Shown one piece after another: positions 48,901-62,378 of a stretch of 64,000 nucleotides of DNA; position 1 is the stretch's first letter, and each line of letters opens with the position of its first letter. The notes under the pieces are model-generated. The model searched no databases. It had not been told where the DNA came from and saw only the letters and a list, made by a program, of their open reading frames with translations. The translations under genes and the position numbers were made by a program. The stretch is from positions 31,929,339 to 31,993,338 of the forward strand of contig NC_057720.1 of NCBI RefSeq assembly GCF_004010195.1, given 5' to 3'. Source of the stretch: Chiloscyllium plagiosum. Lineage: Eukaryota.

Positions 48901-49559
48901 TGGCAGCCTGTGCTCCGAGACTTGGTTACCTGTGCCAGCCTGTCCTCTGGGATTTGCCTTCGAGGCTTACCAGCTCCTCCATTCCCCTCCGGGTATGTTC
49001 ACGTCATCAGTTCATTAAAAAAAATGCAGAAAGGAGGGAAAAAAGATGACAAAGAAAAAATACTGCCAGAGCAGAGGTGCTCTGCTTCCAACGTCTTACT
49101 CTGCTGTCATCTTTTGACAATCAACTTCCATTTTTAACCCCTCCCCCTTACCACTCTAATTACCAAATGAAATAAATTTGTCATGTTTACCCAAAGAACC
49201 CTTCAAAACTGAAATTATTTATCAGATTTTCCTTAGCCTTTTTCATTCTGATCTAAATATCCCAGTTTCTCTTGTCAATCTTCACACCAAAGGTAACTCA
49301 TCCCTGTTGCCATGTATAGGTTATCAGAAATTTTGAGTGTTTTTCAGTACTGTAAGTTTGTGATGCAACTTTATCCACAGAGGTTTTTCTCATTTCTGAA
49401 ACTTATCTTGGACATTTTTGTCCATCCATTGTTGGTGAATCGGCATCGCTAGAAAATTTGACATTTGTTGCCCATTCCTGGTTTTTGAGAAGATAATAGT
49501 GGGAGTTCTGCTTGAATTGGATTTCATGCCATGAAGGTATTCCAATAATGCATAATAAA

Positions 49560-49700
49560 AACTGAAAGAACTATGGATGCTGCAAATCAGGAACAAAAAC
49601 AGAAATTGCTAGAAAAGCTCAGCAGGTCTGGCAGCATCTATAGAGAGAAAGCAGAGTTAACATTTTGGATTGAATGAGGGTTCTGAGGAAGGGTGAGTTC
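49560..49700 (-). mobile_element. Family C PLE terminus
   Basis: aacagaaattgctagaaaagctcagcaggtctggcagcatc..gcagagttaacatttt. Confidence 0.7.
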
Positions 49701-49774
49701 CCATGTTGGACAGGGTGGTTAATGGATTAATGGATGAGGTGTTGATTCATTCCTTCTTCCATCCTCACCTACTG

Positions 49775-50303
49775 CGCGTGCAGTGTGCATTTCCTGCAGA
49801 TGCACCATTGAAAGAATATTGCCCAGGTACATAATGGTCTGGTACAGCAACTGCTCTGCCCAGGACCCTAAGAAACTACAGAATTTTGTGTGCACAGCCC
49901 AGAATATCACAGAAGCCAGCCTTCCATCTTACAGCCTTACACAGCTTGCTGCCGCGGAAAGGCTGCCAACATGATCAAAGACCCATCATATCCCGGTAAT
50001 GATCTCCTACAACCTCTTCCATCAAGCAGAAGGCACAGAAACCTGAACACACACTCCAGCAGGTTCAGGAACAGATTCTTCCCAGCTGTTATTGGACTGA
50101 TGAATGGACTCTCTAGCCTCAAATAATGCTGACATTTCTAATGTTGATCTCACCTAGTGCCCGCCCTATACAATGTAACCTGCATGCCTCTTTCTAAGTC
50201 TTTTTGATGTGTACATCCTTGCTTACTATGATATGCCTGTACTGCTTGTAAACAAAACTTTTCACTGTGCTTCGGTACACGTGATAATAAATAAATCAAT
50301 CAA
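49775..50303 (+). mobile_element. Rex1/Babar LINE 3' end
   Basis: CTIERIL..WYSNCSAQDPKKLQ, KDPSYPG..LPSSRRHR..RFRNRFFPAVIGLMN; aataaataaatcaatcaa tail. Confidence 0.8.
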
Positions 50304-50891
50304 GGTGCATTGCAGCAACTCTGTCATTTGATCCTAAATGTGTTGTATTCAGACAAACTGCATATTTAATCATCCCTTCTATTTCCATTTATCCCATTTA
50401 CTGTTTGAAACTGCTTTATAGTGGATTCTTGACAAAGTTTTATCTAAATATTGAGTGAACTGACAGCTTTGAGTAGGGAATGCTGACCATTAATTGAAGT
50501 CAACACTTGTTGACATTGTATTGCTTATCATTTCAATTCTTCACTTTCCTGCTGTTAGCCTTCAGCTGTGTTGAGCCGAACTGCGTTTGTGACTATATAT
50601 ATGCATAAAGATATTTATGAATGAAGTATAATTTGAAAAAAAAGTGTCAATATATGCTGAGGAATAGCATCTCATTTTTATGAGACAGTTTAAAGTTTTC
50701 TGAACTTAGGTCATGACCTCTGCCCCCATTTTATTTCCTTTTCTTTGCTGGTTATGATATTCCTCTCCTTAGCTGTCCTTGAACTGAGTGGCTTGCTCGG
50801 CCATTTCAATGAGCAGTTGAGAGTCAGCCACATTGCAGTGGATCTGTAACTGCATATAAGCCAGAGCAGTTGGGGATGGCAGATTTCCTTC

Positions 50892-52222
50892 CTGATGTCG
50901 GTGGTGGACAAGTTGTTGGAGGGAATCCTGAGACAGGATGTACATGTATTTGGAAAGGCAAGGACTGATTAGGGATAGTCAACATGGCTTTGTGCGTGGG
51001 AAATCATGTCGCACAAACTTGATTTGAGTGTTTTGAGGAAGTAACAAAGAGGGCAGAGCGGTAAATGTGTTTTATATGGACTTCAGTAAGGCGTTCGACA
51101 AGGTTCCCCATTGGAGACTGGTTAGCGGAAGACAGGGAGAATTAGCCATTTGGATGGAGAACTGGCTCAAAGGTAGAAGACAGAGGCTGGTGGTTGAGGA
51201 TTGTTTTTCAGACTGGAGGCCTGTGACCAATGGAGTGCCACAAGGATAGGTACTGGGTCCTCTACTTTTTGTCATTTACATAAATGATTTGGATGCGAGC
51301 ATAAGAAGATGACACCAAAAATGGAGGTGTAGTGGACAGCAACGAGGGTTACCTCAGATTATAACAGGATCTTGACCAGATGGGCCAATGGGCTGAGAAG
51401 TGGCAAATGGAGTTTAATTCAGATAAATGTGAGGTGCTGCATTTTGGGAAAGCAAGTCTTAGCAGAACATATACACTTAATGGTAAGGTCCTAGGGAGTG
51501 TTGCTGAGCAAAGAGACCTTGGAGTGCAGGTTCATAGATCCTTGAAAGTGGAGTCGCAGGTAGATAGGATAGTGAAGAAGGCGTTTGGTATACTTTCTTT
51601 TATTGGTCAGGGTATTGAGTACAGGAGTTGGGAGGTCACGTTGCAGCTGTACAGGACATTGGTTAGGCCACTGTTGGAATATTGCATGCAATTCTAGTCT
51701 CCTTCCTATCGGAAAGATGTTGGGAAACTTGAAAGGGTTCAGAAAAGATTTACAAGGATGTTACCAGTGTTGGAGGATCTGAGCTATAAGGAAAGGCTGA
51801 ACAGGCTGGGGCTGTTTTCCCTGGAGCGTTGGAGGCTGAGAGATGACCTTATAGAAGTTTACAAAATTATGAGGGGCATGGATAGGATAAATAGACAACA
51901 TCTTTTCTCTGGGATCGGGGAGTCCAGAACTAGAGGGCATAGGTTTAGGGTGAGAGGGGAAAGATATAAAAGAGACTTAAGTGGCAAGTTTTTCACACAG
52001 CAGGTGGTACGTGTATGGAATGAGCTGCCAGAGGAAGTGGTGGAGGCTGGTGCATTTATAGGCATTTGGATGGGTATATGAATAGGAAGGGTTTGGAGGG
52101 ATATGGGCCGGGTGCTAGTAGGTGGGACTAGATTGGGTTGGGCTATCTGGTCGGCATGGACGGGTTGGACTGAAGGGTCTGTTTCCATGCTGTACATCTC
52201 TTTGACTTTATGACTCTATGAC
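50892..52222 (+). mobile_element. CR1 LINE RT and 3' end, inserted in a SINE
   Basis: QHGFVRGKSC, YMDFSKAFDKVPH, GVPQG, LYRTLVRPLLEYC, WNELPEEVVEAG, (ctctatga)n-type tail. Confidence 0.9.
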
Positions 52223-52339
52223 ATTAGTGAGCCCATGGGTTTTTCCAACTATTGACAATGGCTTCATGGCCATCATTAGATGCTTACTTCCTGTTTTTAA
52301 AAAAAATTGAATTCAAATTCTACCATCTGCCATCTGCCA

Positions 52340-52601
52340 TAGCACTGCTGCCTCACAGAGTCAGGAAGCTGGGTTTGAATCCAGCCTCGGGCAACTGTGT
52401 AGAGTTTCCTCCCACAATCCAAACATGTGCAGGTCAGGTGAATTGGCTATGCTAAATTGCCCATTGTGTGTGGGTTAGATGCATTAGTCAGGGTTAAATA
52501 TAGGATAAAAGGGTAGGGGAATGGGTCTGAATGGAACACGCTGCGAAGGGCTGGTGTGGACCTGTTGGGCCAAGGGACCTGTTTCCACACTAAAGGGATT
52601 C
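52340..52601 (+). mobile_element. Degenerate HE1-type SINE
   Basis: agcactgctgcctcacag, B box, partial V-domain, tail. Confidence 0.75.
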
Positions 52602-54453
52602 TTCTACAGATTTTTTCAAATTCAAGAATAACATAGAATAGATTACTGGTAAATTTTGAATTGGAGGATAATCAGTTAGAATATTATCAACTTGTATTTG
52701 TGAAGACAAAAATAGATTAGCCAGGCCCAGCACATTGGAAATTAAACCCAGATTGATCCATCATTTTACAATATTCATGATGCACTTTCCATTATGACAT
52801 TACCACATTGTACTCCAGGCTGTTGTGATGTCACTGCTAACATTCTGAACCCACAAGAACTACCCACAGAATAAACAACCACCTACTCAATACAAAATAA
52901 TGCAAGCCAAGATGAAATCTCCCCTCACCAGCCTCCTCTTCAGCCTTGCAGAAAGGGCTTTACAATGAACAATAAAGTCCCTCCCTTTTCAGTCTGTATT
53001 CTTTTCTTTTAAGAAGCGTTTTTGATCCAAGGTTCAGTGTTTTTTTAATATTTTGTTTCACATGCAATCAGGCAACGACAGATTATTTGTCATTTTATCT
53101 GCCTTCTCCTTGTGGACTCTTTGTCCTTTTGGGGAATGGTAATTAATATACTCCCAGACCTCTAACAACACTGCCCTATTACTATCTTCCAGGAGGTGCA
53201 TGCATGCATTCAAGCAGCACTTGTCTATGACTCACTGTCTGATTTTCGACCCTCATGGCAAGAGAAATGTCTAACACCACTCAGTTACGTTTCACTATGG
53301 TAGGATTGACATAAGCAATTTTCCTTGTGGCAAATTGTGGGCATCAACCCACATTTAATCAAAGGGTGTTCGAGACTGAATACACCAAAGCCACGCTACC
53401 CAGACCTGTGCATACTTCTAACTATTGCTGTAATGTTGTCAACGTGACAAAAGTCACTATTTTTAACATTGTTTAATGGTGTAGATCGTTCAAGTAACAG
53501 ACTTCATGTTTTGGGAAGGTAACAAGATTCAAAATCAAAATACAACTTTGTACTTTTTCTTTGATGGTCAAAAAGCCGTAATTTCACAATATTAATGAGT
53601 TATTTCAGAGTTAGCTTAGTACAATCATTACTAAACTAAGCCTAACCTAAAAACATGAATCCCAAAATATTAGGCAGCCCTCGTATTTTCAGGTCACCAT
53701 CAGTCAAGATGTTTGTTAATAAATGATTTTCAGTATTTTTGGATTACACAAAGTGAAAATGTAGCTTTTTCTTTAAACTTTTAAATTATTGAGTCTTATG
53801 TTTTTCAGCAGCTGAGGGAATCAAGAGACCTAGTGAATACTTGAGCTCTAGCTGAGATAGGAGGTGATCATCTTGAAGAGCTGAGCAGGTCAGAGGGGCT
53901 GAATGGCATACTCCAGCTCCAATTTGTTATGTTTCTTAAGTTATTAACTAAAATTTCTTTTAAAAAATCTGCAAATCATGGAGTGAATTGCAAATGACAA
54001 CATTGATGAGCAATCTCAGGTTTTAAGTCATGCTTATCACTGGCTGATTTTAAGTTTGTTAATTATTTATTAATGTAATGTGGGCATTCACTGGCTAAAC
54101 CAACATCAATGCCCATCCCTAATTGCTCTGGAGAATACAGTGGTGAGCTGCCTTCCTGAACTGTTGAAGTCCTTGCGTTGTAGGAGAGTTCTTAAGAAGG
54201 GAGTTCCAAGATTTTATTCCAGAGACATAAAGGAATGGCAATATAAAATTTCAAGTCAGGATGCTCCGTCTCCATCATCAGAGTGCCAACTTTATCAATA
54301 TGTGAGTGCACATCAACACGCTGCAGAGTAAGTTGAGGTGTTGCTTGACAAAGGACACTAAGGATTCCAATTTTCCTACCTCAGCCACTCTTACCTACAC
54401 CGTTCCTGAACTAATGCAAAGCAAATATTAGTTACTGCAAAAATATTTCTTAT

Positions 54454-54512
54454 GGATTCCATATGGTATAGGATTATACATTAGGATTCCATATGGTATA
54501 GGATTATACATT
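54454..54512. repeat. ~30-bp tandem duplication
   Basis: ggattccatatggtataggattatacatta occurs twice. Confidence 0.9.
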
Positions 54513-55191
54513 ACAAAAAGAGACTATTCAGCCCATCCTGTTACTGCCTGCTTTTGAAAGGTCTATCCAATTAATTTCACCCTCTTGCTCCTTCCACATG
54601 GCACTGTAGAATTTTAAAAATATTTGTGTAGTTCCCTTTTGAATTTGCTCCACAACCCTTTCAGGAACTAAATTCCTGATCATACTAACTCCCTGCTATT
54701 TTTTTGATAAAAATTCTCATTTTACAAATTGTCATGAGTCTGTGTTCTCTGTTTATCTTACTATCACAGTAATTTCTCCTAATTCATGCTATTAAAACCA
54801 TTCACAATTTAGAAAACCTCTATCCAATCTGATCTTAATCATCCCGCAACACTATATTTAACACAATCATATTTTCTGGTCTCTCCACAGAACCGTAGTC
54901 TTTCATCCTTGGTAATGTTCTAGTAACTCTCTTTTGCGCCCTCTTTAAATCCTTCCTGAAGTGTTAACACCCAAAATCAGAGATGAAGCACAATCATGAG
55001 ACTTGTTGCTTAACTAACATCTACACCATCGTACATTATTTGTGTACATTTGCAGATGTGCTCAATGGTATTTTGTATTAGTTTCACTTCTCTGATAATC
55101 CTATAGTTTAAATATAGGTATGTTTTTCAATATAATTTCAGTCATAAACTCTAATGTATTTTAAATGTCAAAATTCTTGCTGAAAATCAAT

Positions 55192-56471
55192 GGGCTGGAT
55201 TTTACCAGCAGAGTTTGAGATATGTGGGGAAGCATACTATCACCGTCGGGCATGATTAAAGCCAATTTTAAAATGCCTGCCCCACACCAATGATATGTTA
55301 GAGTGGTATAAACAAGCTGACAAACAGACCTCTGGCCCTCAGAGTGGTCAATCTGATTGTCTGACAGCCTACCTCTAACAATTGCAGCAGAGCCAATACT
55401 CAGTGGTATGTGTTGTCAAGACTTCAAAGCATCTTCAGGAAGAAGAGTGATGCTGACCGGACTAAGTTAAGACCCAGGCTTTTAGCGTGTGGAGGGATTG
55501 GGCACCCCAGGGAGGACAGCAGGGTGGGAATGCGAGTGGAGATCATGGTTGGTTTTGGAGGCCAACCAGGGATCAACAAAGACAGAGAGTGACCTCTTGA
55601 GGGGTGGGTGGGTGATGAGTGACCTGGTGCACACAGGGGAACTCCCCATCATCTCAATGATGTGCTCTATCTTCCTTTATGTCTTAAAATAGCAGCTTTA
55701 ATAGACCTGCCCATGTTAGCTGTCTGCCATAAGGAAGTGAATTATGCCAGTGGAGGTGGGTTGAGGTCATTAATTGAAGGTCATTATAGAACATAGAACA
55801 GTACCGCACAGGAACAGCCCTTTGCACCCTCCCCCCCCCCCCATCATGTCTGCACCGACTGTGATGCCATTCTAAACTAATCCCATCTGCCTGCACATGG
55901 TCTGTATCTCCCTATTCCCTGCCTGTTAATGTGTGTCTAAATGCCTCTTAAATGTTGTTATCATATCTGATTCTACCACTTCCCTTGGCAGCGCATGCCA
56001 GGCAACTATCACCCACTGTGTAAAAAATTTGCCTCACACATCTCCTTTAAACATTTCTCCTTTCACTTTAAACCTATGCCCCCATGTATTTGACATTTCC
56101 AGCTGGGGAAGAGATTCCAACTATCCACTCTATTCATGCCTTGCGTAATATTATGTACTTCTGACAAGTTGTCACGCAGCCTCTGATGCTCTAGTGAAAA
56201 CAATCCAAGTTTGTCCAAACTCTCCATATGGCTAATACACACCATTCCAGGCAACATCCTGGTGAACCTCTTTTGCACCCTCTCTAAAACCTCCACGTCC
56301 TTCCTATAGTGTAGTCACCTAACTTGGCCTTCAGTCGTGCTAAGGGCAGACAATTTAATGGGCACTTCACCTATCCCCTGTTTTATGGAGGAAGGGATGG
56401 CATGGTTGGCTCCCAGACTCCTGCCACAGAAATGCATCTAGCAGGGGTGGTGGGGCCATAAAATCTAGCCC
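55192..56471. mobile_element. Non-autonomous TIR DNA transposon (Harbinger-like ends), interrupted by CR1
   Basis: gggctggatttta ... taaaatctagccc, 13-bp inverted repeat with one mismatch. Confidence 0.5.
55786..56320 (-). mobile_element. CR1 LINE 3' end
   Basis: LERVQKRFTRMLPG..LGLFSLE; (ttctatg)n tail. Confidence 0.85.
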
Positions 56472-58831
56472 AGTGAAATCTATTCATTTTTATAGAAATC
56501 TCATTATTATGTGCCTGTTGTTAGAAATTTCCTTGACATACTTGACTTAATTAAAGAAAAAGCTGACTTCTCAGGAACTCATTTGTGCTCATTGAGTCTC
56601 CTTCAAACCTCTCTGTTTCTGCAATACAGTCTTTCTAAGATATGCCCAATAGAACTGAAGAAACAGGATTTCTTTTGAAGTAACATTTGAAAGCAAAAGA
56701 AAAGCCAAGAAACTCTGAAATATTAACGCAAGGGGAGTGGGTTTGAGTCACATTGGGGGAGTTTTTAAATCTCCAAATCTGTGTGTGTGGACAGGGTGGA
56801 ACTTTAAAAATGTAAAACTTCTCAAAACTAATATCTGTCCTTGGACACCCCCACTTCTGGTTATAACAGATGCATGAGATGGGGGTGGGGGAGGTTTTAA
56901 GGAAAAAAAATCAACCCCTAGGAGGCAGGTGACACATTTAGTTATTTATTGAGGCTGCATGTCTCTGTTCCCAATTTAACATTGACCATCTGGGCATTCT
57001 GGCCTCTGGAAGTGCTAGAGCTGATAGTTCACCAAGGAACAGACTTTTGCAGCACTGCATATGGGCCAGGAGGAATAAGAGTCCTTCACCCCACTGTTCA
57101 CCTAGAAGCCAGTAAACCTCGAGAATCATATATATAGTTCTGACTTTGTCTCAGATGCTTCAAAATGGCATTCCAGTATGACCATGCACTGATTTCCAAG
57201 TATGACTGCTTTCCTTACTAATTTTTATTTCTCCTTTTGGGATGTTGCCTTTCTATGATCTGATGCCCTTCCAGTGTCTACCACGCCTGTGATTTCCTCT
57301 GGGAAATCTCTTCTCCCTCCACTTGTCTGCAGAGATCTTTTTCCCCGTTCATCCCTGATCTCTCTATTTCCTCTCTCCATGATTCTGCTCTCCAAGCCCC
57401 TCCTTTAGACAGACAGCAGCTGTTCAAGACAACTGCTCACTACTACCTCCCCAAGTGTAATTAAGAAAAGGCAGCAAATCTGGCTTTTCAAGCAAAATGT
57501 TTAACAGCCAGAGAGATCTTGTTTATAGTATTAAAGGGACTTTAGCCTAGAGGTTACAAGAAGCTTATGATCGGTACTGTGTTGTGTCTTCATGTTCTAA
57601 TTGTTTCAAGTTGCTAGAATTTTGGGGCACTTTACACTATTTTTGGAATTCTTTGAAAGGAAAAGAACACAGAGCAATGTAAATTGGAAGCAATCTGTAA
57701 TTGACAGTGAGTTTGGTTTGTGGCACGGGACGTTGTCCCAGACATGGCAGAGTGGATGTTTTATTGCCTACTATTTTTCTGGGAGTGGTGAAAGTTGACA
57801 GCCAACTCACAATGTGCAGCTTGTTTTTTCTCTTAAAGGAAGTACAGATGTTTATTCTTAGATTCAGTTGCTGGCTGATACGTTACATGTCTCTGTTTTC
57901 TTGGGAGCTTAAATTAAGGCCATGTCATGTGGCAGGAAAGAGCCATAGTGCAGTGTTGGCAGGATTTAGCAGAACTAAACTGATATCCTCCTCTGTTATT
58001 AGAGAGGACAAGAGCAGCAATAGGATCCTGTGGCACCGTCATACAGTTCACCAGCTATCCAGGGCAGAAATGGAGTCTGGCGTACACATCCAGTCTCATG
58101 AGAGGTCTCATTTTTCAATCCCAATTTGGTTTCTCTTTGATGTTTCTTTGTTGAATGTTTGATACCAGTTGAAGTCCCAATTTTAACCCCTCAATTGATG
58201 AAAGCAGAGTCTATAGGGGAGTTAAAAACTTAAGCAGATACACAATACACATTGCCCTTTTGAACAGGCAGGTTTCAGGCAATGTATGAGTTGACCCTCC
58301 AGTCAGGCTAAAATCTCATTAAAATCTCATTGCTCAGACTGCGATGACATTTGCACTCACATCAGCCCAGTGCCAACCTCACAAAGGGAGACCGAAACTG
58401 GGAAGTCAGCTTTATTTTTCAAGTGTTTCTTCATGGGCCGAGAAGAGCAGGAATGTGTGCCACAAGAAATCCTTGGAGCTCCCCTTTTTCTGCGTCTCAC
58501 ATAATAACTTCCCAGACTTGTTTTCTTGAGAACATTATTCTGTCAGATTCCCCACAGTGACCTGCACTTATCATCCCTGCAAATGCCAGTTTTGGATGGG
58601 TATCAGGTCTAATTTATTTATGTGAGACCGATGCACAAAAATGGTTTGGGCTATAGTGTGAATTAAAAATCAGGCTCAAAGTCAGGATCACTAAGGAGTC
58701 AGGATTAATCTGTTTTTTATTGCAATGTTTGTTGGTCCCCTGATAGTGTTGACTACTGCTGGTGATGACTGCTCACAGAACCTTCAGTGTATATTCAAAT
58801 ATTATTCACCATGAGGCACTCCATTTTTGAT

Positions 58832-58958
58832 AGGAGAAAGTGAGGACTGCAGATGCTGGAGATCAGAGCTGAAAAATGTGTTGCTGGAAAAGCGCAGCAG
58901 GTCAGGCAGCATCCAAGGAGCAGGAGAATCGCTGTTTCGGGTATTAGCCCTTCTTCAG
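58832..58958 (-). mobile_element. Family A PLE terminus, single arm, near-intact hammerhead core
   Basis: Reverse strand CUGAAGA-A-GGGC/UAAU/ACCC-GAAACAGC; nearly identical to 71-155. Confidence 0.8.
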
Positions 58959-60629
58959 CCCATATTTAATGATATGCGATTTTGCAGCTGGGAGCTTTGG
59001 CTAGCAAGAAAGAGAAAACATGCCCACAATTCAGGGTGATTGATGCCAATTATAATGACCTTACCCTTGCTAACCAAGTAAAAATTAAACTTGCGAGATT
59101 TCTAGGATGTTTAGTGTAGATAATCAATAGATGGTCTATTAGTGGAATGATTGCAGTGTCCCTTTGAAGAGGCAATGACAGACTCAGCTGCACCGAGTGC
59201 TCTTTATCTGGCAAACTGTGTGTGGGCTGAGAGGATAAATGCTGTTTGCAGCCTTTAGTGACACTGCTACAGATTCATCTTGGAGATTTTTGTCGTATGA
59301 CTGTGGTTACTGTACTATGCAATTAGAATGTAAATGACATTCAGAATTACCATATCACCACTTCTGTATTCCTAGTCCTCTGTTCCTTTGTTCAAAACAT
59401 GAAGGAACAACAGAAGTTTTTTTTGTATACTGCAAGCCCATTGACATGATTATTGCTTGTTTTCATTGCATCTTATTCATTTAATTTTTTGAGCTATTTT
59501 CTTCCTCTGCTGTTTTGCGTCAACTTAGTAGACAAGTGGTGACCTGCTGCATTAACCTACCAAAGCTGCTTTGTACCTGAGATCGAGGTGGGAGTGAAAG
59601 TGCCAAGAATGATTTACAATCTTGTTTTCCCCTGTACTAAACAAGGCTGTTCTGTGCTGACTTGCTCTCAGATTTTCTTCCCCTTTCTCCATGACGAAGC
59701 ATTTGTTACAGGTAACTAGGTGTAACTTGGGCTTGGCACAGTGAGATAAAAACATAAAATGAGCTAATGATTGAAATATTAAAGGGACAGGGTATTCTTA
59801 CAAGCCAACTTTTTTCAAGGCAATAAATGGAAAATGTAATGGTCTGAAATAATAATGGCCTGAAGTCCCCCATCATTGTTGCCCAGATTTCCTAGTCTCT
59901 GGGTTGTCGGATGCAGGATATGTGATGTAAGAAGTGTTTGGGATGCCATGGAACCTCCTAAACATGGACCTCTACAGGAATTGCTTGAGAAGTTTGAACT
60001 TCTGACAGGTAATTCTCCAGCTCCCAAGATCCTGTACAAAAATCTGCCACTTTGTATGAAAATTGAAGACATCAGACTGATGTACTCACCTGAATACTAA
60101 CCCAAGTGATATTAAACAGATAGCTTACTATGTGCATGTTGTATCAGATTAACCCCAAATGTAACTCACTCACATATGATACATGTGTTAATGATTAAAT
60201 GCAAATATGAATTGAGAAGAGAAATAGGCTGATTTAGCACCTTGAGCCCAGTCTACCATTTCATTAAGATCAGGCTGATCTGTTTGTCTTTTGAATGCCA
60301 CTTTCCCATGAGCTCCTCATAAGCTTTGATTCCCTGGCCTGCGTAAAACCTATCTATCTCTGCCTTAAAAATATTCAATTACTCTGTCTCCACTGTCTTC
60401 TTGAGGCAAAGAGTTTCAAAGTTGCACAATCCACTGAGGGAGAAACAATATCTTCACATCTCTGTTCTATATGGGTGACCTCAAAGTTTTAAGCTGTGTT
60501 CCCTTGTGGACAAGACTTACTCTGGACTCACTTACAAAAAGAAGCAAGCTTTGGCATCCAATTTGTCAAGACTGCTCAGGATTCTTATACTCTTTAATCA
60601 GGGTAACCCCATGTATAGTTCACTGTAGT

Positions 60630-60930
60630 AGGTCGCATGGTGGCTCAGTGATTAGCACTGCTGCCTCACAGTGCCAAGGACCTGGGTTCAATTCCTGCCT
60701 TGGGCAACTGTCTCCCCGTGTCTGTGTGGATTTGCTCTGGTTTCCTCCCAGAGTCTAAAGATGTGCAGGTTAGGTGAATTGGCCATGCTAATTTGCCTGT
60801 TGTGTTAGGTGGATTAGTCAGGGGAAAATGTAGGGGAATGGGCCTGGGTGGGTTGCTCTTCGGAGGATTGGTATGGACTTGTTGGGCTGAAGGGCCTCTT
60901 TTCACATTGTAGGGAATCTAATCTAATCTA
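60630..60930 (+). mobile_element. HE1-type SINE
   Basis: A/B boxes, partly deleted V-domain, (AATCT)n tail. Confidence 0.85.
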
Positions 60931-61576
60931 TATGATACCTATGCGTTAATAATTACACACAAATGTAATCACCCTTCGACTGTTTTAAACTGTAGTGAGA
61001 ATAAACCCAGGTAAGCCAATCTGTCCTCATCGGACAACCCATTCATTCCAGGTATTGAACCACCTCCATCCATTTACATCCTTCCCTAAATAAGATCAAA
61101 GCTGTACACAGTATTTGAGATATGGTCTCATAAACATCTTACATAATAGAAATATAACATCCTTACTCTTATGTTTTGTTGTAATAAAGGATAGCATTCC
61201 ATTAGGCTTCTTGATTACCGCTTACGTTGCACGCTTACTTTTTGTGGTTCCTGCACTAGAACACCTAGGTACCTCTACACCACGGAATTCAGGAGTCATT
61301 CTCAGTTTTAAGTAATGCTCTATCTTTCATTTCTCAGCCAAAGTAAATAATTTCACATTTTCCCATAATATAGTCCACCTACCAGATTTTTGCCCACTTG
61401 TTCGACTTATCTATAATGGTCTGTAACTTCCCTATGTCCTCTTCAGACTGTACGTTCCTACTGATTGTTGTGTCATCTGCTACCATACCTTTGCTCTCTC
61501 CATCAAATTTATTGACATAAATTGTAAAAAGCTGAGGCCTTGGCACAAGCCCCTGGGAAACTCCGCTTACTTGTCA

Positions 61577-61730
61577 CATAGAATCATAGAATCCCTACAG
61601 TGTGGGAACAGGCCATTCAGCCCAACAGGTCCACACCGACCTTCCGAGGGGCATCTCACCCAGACCCACCCCCTAACCAATCCCTGTAGCCCTGCATTTC
61701 CCACGGCTAATCCACCTACCCTACACATCC
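61577..61730 (-). mobile_element. HE1-related SINE 3' fragment
   Basis: atagaatccctacagtgtgggaacaggccattcagcccaac. Confidence 0.7.
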
Positions 61731-62069
61731 CTCCTGCCAATCAGAGAAGACTATCTTCTGTTTTCTGACATCTAGCCAATCTTGTATCCATGACAACTCC
61801 CACCCCACAAGATCCTACTTTGTGCAATATCCTTTTACATGGAATCTTGTTGAATATTTTCTGTCAATCCAAGTACAGTTAAATGCCAGTCTTCCCCTTA
61901 TTCACAGTGAATGTTACCCCTTTAAAGAATTCCAACGAATTGATTGATCATGGTTTCCCTTTACAAAACTATGCTGACCGTTCCTGATTAGGTTCAGCTT
62001 TTCTAAATGCCCTGCTAGGATCTCCTAATGATCAATTCTACCATCTTCCCAAGGTAATGTGTCAACCTG

Positions 62070-62378
62070 TGGGCGGCATGGTGGCACAGTGGTTAGCACT
62101 GCTGCCTCACAGCCCCTGAGACCTAGGTTCAATTCCTGCCTCAGGTGACTGTGTGGTGTTTGCATGTTCTCCCCGTGTCTGTGTGGGTTTCCTCGGGGTG
62201 CTCTGGTTTCCTCCCACATTCCAAAGATGTGCAGGTCAGGTGAATTGGCCATGCTAAATTGCCCATAGTGTGAGGTAAGGGGTAAATATAGGGGTATGGG
62301 TGGGTTGCACTTCGGCAGGTCGGTGTGGACTTGTTGGGCCGAAGGGCCTGTTTCCACGCTGCAATCTAATCTAATCTA
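62070..62378 (+). mobile_element. HE1-type V-SINE, full length
   Basis: tggcacagtggttagc, ggttcaattcc, V-domain, (AATCT)n tail. Confidence 0.9.

Noticed and set aside
47874..49137. 391-aa and 387-aa ORFs with a 32-aa repeat
   Set aside because: They arise from a stop-free 32-bp tandem unit read in rotating frames; overlapping ORFs of the same repeat in two frames argue against real coding
57701..58162. 153-aa ORF
   Set aside because: Non-ATG start, no recognisable motif or exon boundaries
62070..62145. tRNA genes at SINE heads
   Set aside because: A/B boxes belong to tRNA-derived HE1 SINE heads and continue into the V-domain
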